A stretch of DNA of 60,576 nt, filler included. It is 3 parts of 3 records of this genome, joined end to end, with 100 filler letters (N's around TTAATTAATTAA, not from the genome) between each part and the next. Parts side by side here need not be neighbours in the genome. Positions count along the whole stretch, not along the records: positions 44,452 to 60,576 come from SRR31156797_364; 2 more parts are not named here. One strand, 5' to 3'. The notes under the pieces are model-generated. The model was not told where the DNA came from. It saw only the letters and a list, made by a program, of their open reading frames with translations, and did no database searches. Of the stretch, positions 57,698-60,576 are shown piece by piece; position 1 is the stretch's first letter, and the number at the start of each line of letters is the position of its first letter. The translations under genes and the position numbers were made by a program.

Positions 57698-60355
57698 TTA
57701 TTGGTTGTGAGAGTGTGGCGTTTCGGTGGCAATGTTGTATGTCTTCAATGCTTCTGTTACCCTTTCCAAGGGCAGTAAGCCTTGGTCGGCAAGTGCTTTA
57801 AGCGCGGCAATAGTGATATGGTATCTGTCGACTTTAAAAAAGTCGCGCAATGCCTCACGGGAATCGCTGCGGCCAAAACCGTCGGTTCCGAGAATCGTGA
57901 GTGGGTTTGGAATCAGGCGGCGTATCTGTTCCGAATAGGCCTGCACATAATCAGTGCTAATTACAGCGGGCCCTGGGTGATCAGCCAACATTTGGGTTAC
58001 ATAGGGGATTTTGGCCTGTTGGTCAGGGTGCTGTCTGTTCCAGCTTTCTGTCTCCATGGCGTCGCGATGTAACTGATTGATACCAAGGACTGACCAGATG
58101 TCGGCGGCAACACCGAAATCGTCTGCAAGGAGTTTTGCTGCGGCAATAACCTCGCGAAAGATGGCCCCGCTGCCCATGAGCTGCACCCGCAGTTCGCTTT
58201 CTTTGCCACGCTGGAAAAGATACATTCCTTTACAAATCCCTGCCTCGCTGCCTTCTGGTAATGCAGGTTGCGGGTAGTTTTCATTGAGGAGCGTTATATA
58301 ATAATAGATATCTTCGCCATCGTTATACATCCTCTGCATTCCACTTTGAATAAGGACGACGACTTCGTAGGCAAAGGTTGGGTCGTAGGCCTGACAGGTA
58401 GGAATAGTGGAAGCGTAAAGCAGTCCCTGGCCATCCTGGTGCTGCAGGCCCTCTCCATTAAGTGTTGTCCTGCCTGAGGTGGCTCCCATTAAGAATCCTT
58501 TTGCCCTGGCATCGGCAGCAGCCCAGAGCTGATCGCCGATCCTTTGAAAACCAAACATTGAGTAGAAAGTGTAGAATGGAATCATGGGGACGCCGTAGTT
58601 GGTGTGCGCAGTTGCGGCAGCCAGCCATGAGGAGATGGAACCTGCCTCGGTAATACCCTCTTCAAGAATCTGTCCCTGAGGGTCTTCCCTGTACCAGGCT
58701 ATTGATTCTGAATCCTGCGGTTCGTAGAGCTGGCCGGTGGGTGCGTAAATACCGAGTTGTCTAAACAGTCCTTCCATGCCAAAGGTACGTGCTTCATCGG
58801 GTATGATGGGTACCACATGTTTGCCAATGGTTTTGTCTTTGACCAGGGTCCCAAGCAATCGGACAAAGGCCATGGTTGTAGAGAGCTGTCGTTCTTTTGA
58901 AGACGTGAGTAGGGTTTTAAAGTGATCCAGGGGCGGGGTGGATAATGGTTTGTATTCAGTTTCTCGATAAGGGACCGGACCACCGAGTTTTTTTCGTTGG
59001 GTTTCGAGGAACTGTTCTTCAAGGCTCCCTTGGGGTGGTCTTATAAATGGGAGCTCGGCAAGCTGGTCGTTTTCCAGGGGCACATGAAATCGATCGCGAA
59101 ATTCCTTGAGTGATTCCACATCCATTTTTTTAACATTATGGGCGACCATGACAGATTCTCCAGCCTGGCCCATACCAAATCCTTTAATGGTCTTTATTAG
59201 AATCACCGTGGGCTTTCCCTGGTAAGCACTGGCAGCGGTAAAGGCTGCATAGACCTTTCTTGGATCATGACCACCCCGGGTCATCTGCCAGAGTTCGGTG
59301 TCGGTCATGTCTTCAACCAGTTTAGCCAGGTGCGGGTCGTCACCAAATACTTTTTCTCTCAGGTAGGCAGGGCCGCGGGCTCTTATTGTCTGGTAATCAC
59401 CATCGACCATGGTGCCAAATTTCTGCAGGAGCCTGCCTTCGGTGTCTCGCTGAAGGATTTTGTCCCATTCTGTGCCCCACAGGACTTTGATTACATGCCA
59501 GCCAGCTCCGCGGAACTTGCCTTCTAGCTCCTGGATAATCTTTCCGTTACCGCGAACTGGGCCGTCAAGGCGCTGCAGGTTGCAATTGACAACAACGATA
59601 AGATTGTCGAGCTGTTCTCTTGCCGCCAGTGAAAGTGCTCCTAGGGATTCGGGTTCGTCAGACTCTCCGTCTCCCATGAAAACCCAGACTTTTCTGTCCC
59701 CAGCCGGTTTAAGGTCGCGGCTGTCCATATACTTCATAAAGCGGGCCTGGTAAATGGCAGCCATGGGGCCTAACCCCATGGAGACAGTGGGGAACTGCCA
59801 GAAATCTGGCATGAGCCACGGATGAGGGTAGGAGGGAAGGCCATGACCGCCAACTTCCTGGCGGAAATTGATGAGGTGCTGTTCGTCTAGCCTGCCTTCA
59901 ACAAAAGCGCGTGCATATACTCCAGGGGAGCTGTGTCCCTGGAAATAAACCATGTCAGCGCCAAACGGGGCTTGAGGACCGCGAAAAAACCAGTTGAATC
60001 CGACCTCGAAAATAGCGGAAACCGATGTGTAGGTTGCAATATGACCACCCAAAGCTTTACCGTCTCGGTTGGCCCTTGCCACCATTGCCATGGCATTCCA
60101 GCGGACATAGGCCGCAACATTGCGAGCAATAAATGATTCTTCCGGGATCGGTGTTTCCTGGTCAGGGGAGATGGTGTTGCAGTAGGGAGTGAGTATGCCG
60201 GGAGATGTTGATACGCCCTTTTCCCTGGCCCGGTCGGTGAGGGTACGAAGGAGGTAGTCTGCTTTATCTTTACCCTCAGTTTCGATTACGCCATCAAGTG
60301 ATTGGATCCAATCTGTGGTTTCCGCTGGGTCCGGGTCAATATAATATGAACTCAT
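57698..60355 (-). CDS. aceE: Pyruvate dehydrogenase E1, homodimeric type
   Basis: GGHIA, QGHSSPG, SYPHP, PTVSMGLG, GDGESDEPE, NCNLQRLDGPVRGN, GLQHQD, GTDGFGRSD. Confidence 0.97.
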   Translation of the reverse strand: MSSYYIDPDPAETTDWIQSLDGVIETEGKDKADYLLRTLTDRAREKGVSTSPGILTPYCNTISPDQETPIPEESFIARNVAAYVRWNAMAMVARANRDGKALGGHIATYTSVSAIFEVGFNWFFRGPQAPFGADMVYFQGHSSPGVYARAFVEGRLDEQHLINFRQEVGGHGLPSYPHPWLMPDFWQFPTVSMGLGPMAAIYQARFMKYMDSRDLKPAGDRKVWVFMGDGESDEPESLGALSLAAREQLDNLIVVVNCNLQRLDGPVRGNGKIIQELEGKFRGAGWHVIKVLWGTEWDKILQRDTEGRLLQKFGTMVDGDYQTIRARGPAYLREKVFGDDPHLAKLVEDMTDTELWQMTRGGHDPRKVYAAFTAASAYQGKPTVILIKTIKGFGMGQAGESVMVAHNVKKMDVESLKEFRDRFHVPLENDQLAELPFIRPPQGSLEEQFLETQRKKLGGPVPYRETEYKPLSTPPLDHFKTLLTSSKERQLSTTMAFVRLLGTLVKDKTIGKHVVPIIPDEARTFGMEGLFRQLGIYAPTGQLYEPQDSESIAWYREDPQGQILEEGITEAGSISSWLAAATAHTNYGVPMIPFYTFYSMFGFQRIGDQLWAAADARAKGFLMGATSGRTTLNGEGLQHQDGQGLLYASTIPTCQAYDPTFAYEVVVLIQSGMQRMYNDGEDIYYYITLLNENYPQPALPEGSEAGICKGMYLFQRGKESELRVQLMGSGAIFREVIAAAKLLADDFGVAADIWSVLGINQLHRDAMETESWNRQHPDQQAKIPYVTQMLADHPGPAVISTDYVQAYSEQIRRLIPNPLTILGTDGFGRSDSREALRDFFKVDRYHITIAALKALADQGLLPLERVTEALKTYNIATETPHSHNQ

Positions 60356-60381
60356 GCTTCGCCTCCTGAATATTCTTATTC

Positions 60382-60414
60382 AATTTTGATGGGCCCGTAA
60401 AAGTCCATCAAATT
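60382..60414. repeat. Hairpin/REP-like element upstream of aceE
   Basis: AATTTTGATGG-GCCCGTAAAAGT-CCATCAAATT inverted repeat. Confidence 0.45.
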
Positions 60415-60576
60415 CCAATAAAGGTCTAACCCTGATTTTTTATCAGTTCAGGCGGTATCAGGCTGAAAGTTTTTGGCTATGAACAGGTAAGGATAGACTC
60501 CTGTAGCAGCTTGTATTCATTTCCAAAATGCTGAATAAAATGATACCGGATGGACTGACCTTTGGTGAACATTGTG

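Overview
The window is three unrelated contigs joined by two artificial 100-bp spacers (N44-TTAATTAATTAA-N44 at 26787-26886 and 44352-44451). Contig 1 (1-26786) is Bacteroidota/Bacteroidales-like, judged from T9SS cargo proteins and TAnnTTTG promoters. It carries meaB-acpH, two tandem T9SS paralogues, icd with a eukaryote-type citrate synthase, an NtrC-type regulator plus Hpt protein, tRNA-CAT, rubrerythrin, a BatA-like protein, msrB/A, pyrBI, exported peptidases, a signal-peptide-bearing dikinase with glucan,water-dikinase-like domain order, and a truncated GH20. Its intergenic DNA is rich in repeats: period-8 tracts, REP-like AAACCTGWCAGGTTT palindromes, a long GC-rich hairpin, and a 373-bp MITE-like insertion flanked by an 11-bp duplication. 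Contig 2 (26887-44351) looks Desulfovibrionaceae-like: mscS, GT2, upp-uraA, a RluD-CoaE fusion, rhomboid, BON, cbpA-cbpM-clpB, an MFS transporter, a solute-binding gene interrupted by an in-frame TAG, YheT, an M29 peptidase and grpE-dnaK (truncated). Contig 3 (44452-60576) is probably Desulfobulbales-like: a creatininase-family gene, a GltD-like flavo-Fe-S protein with 2-oxoacid oxidoreductase alpha/beta, nhaB, DUF423 and aceE-aceF-lpdA-pyrC. No CRISPR array, prophage or intact transposase was seen. The best candidates for something new are the exported GWD/PWD-like dikinase (21627-24050), the nested MITE/REP structure (25486-25904), and the structured region plus putative leader-peptide attenuator upstream of pyrBI. 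Taxonomic assignments are inferences from gene content and motifs, not from database searches.
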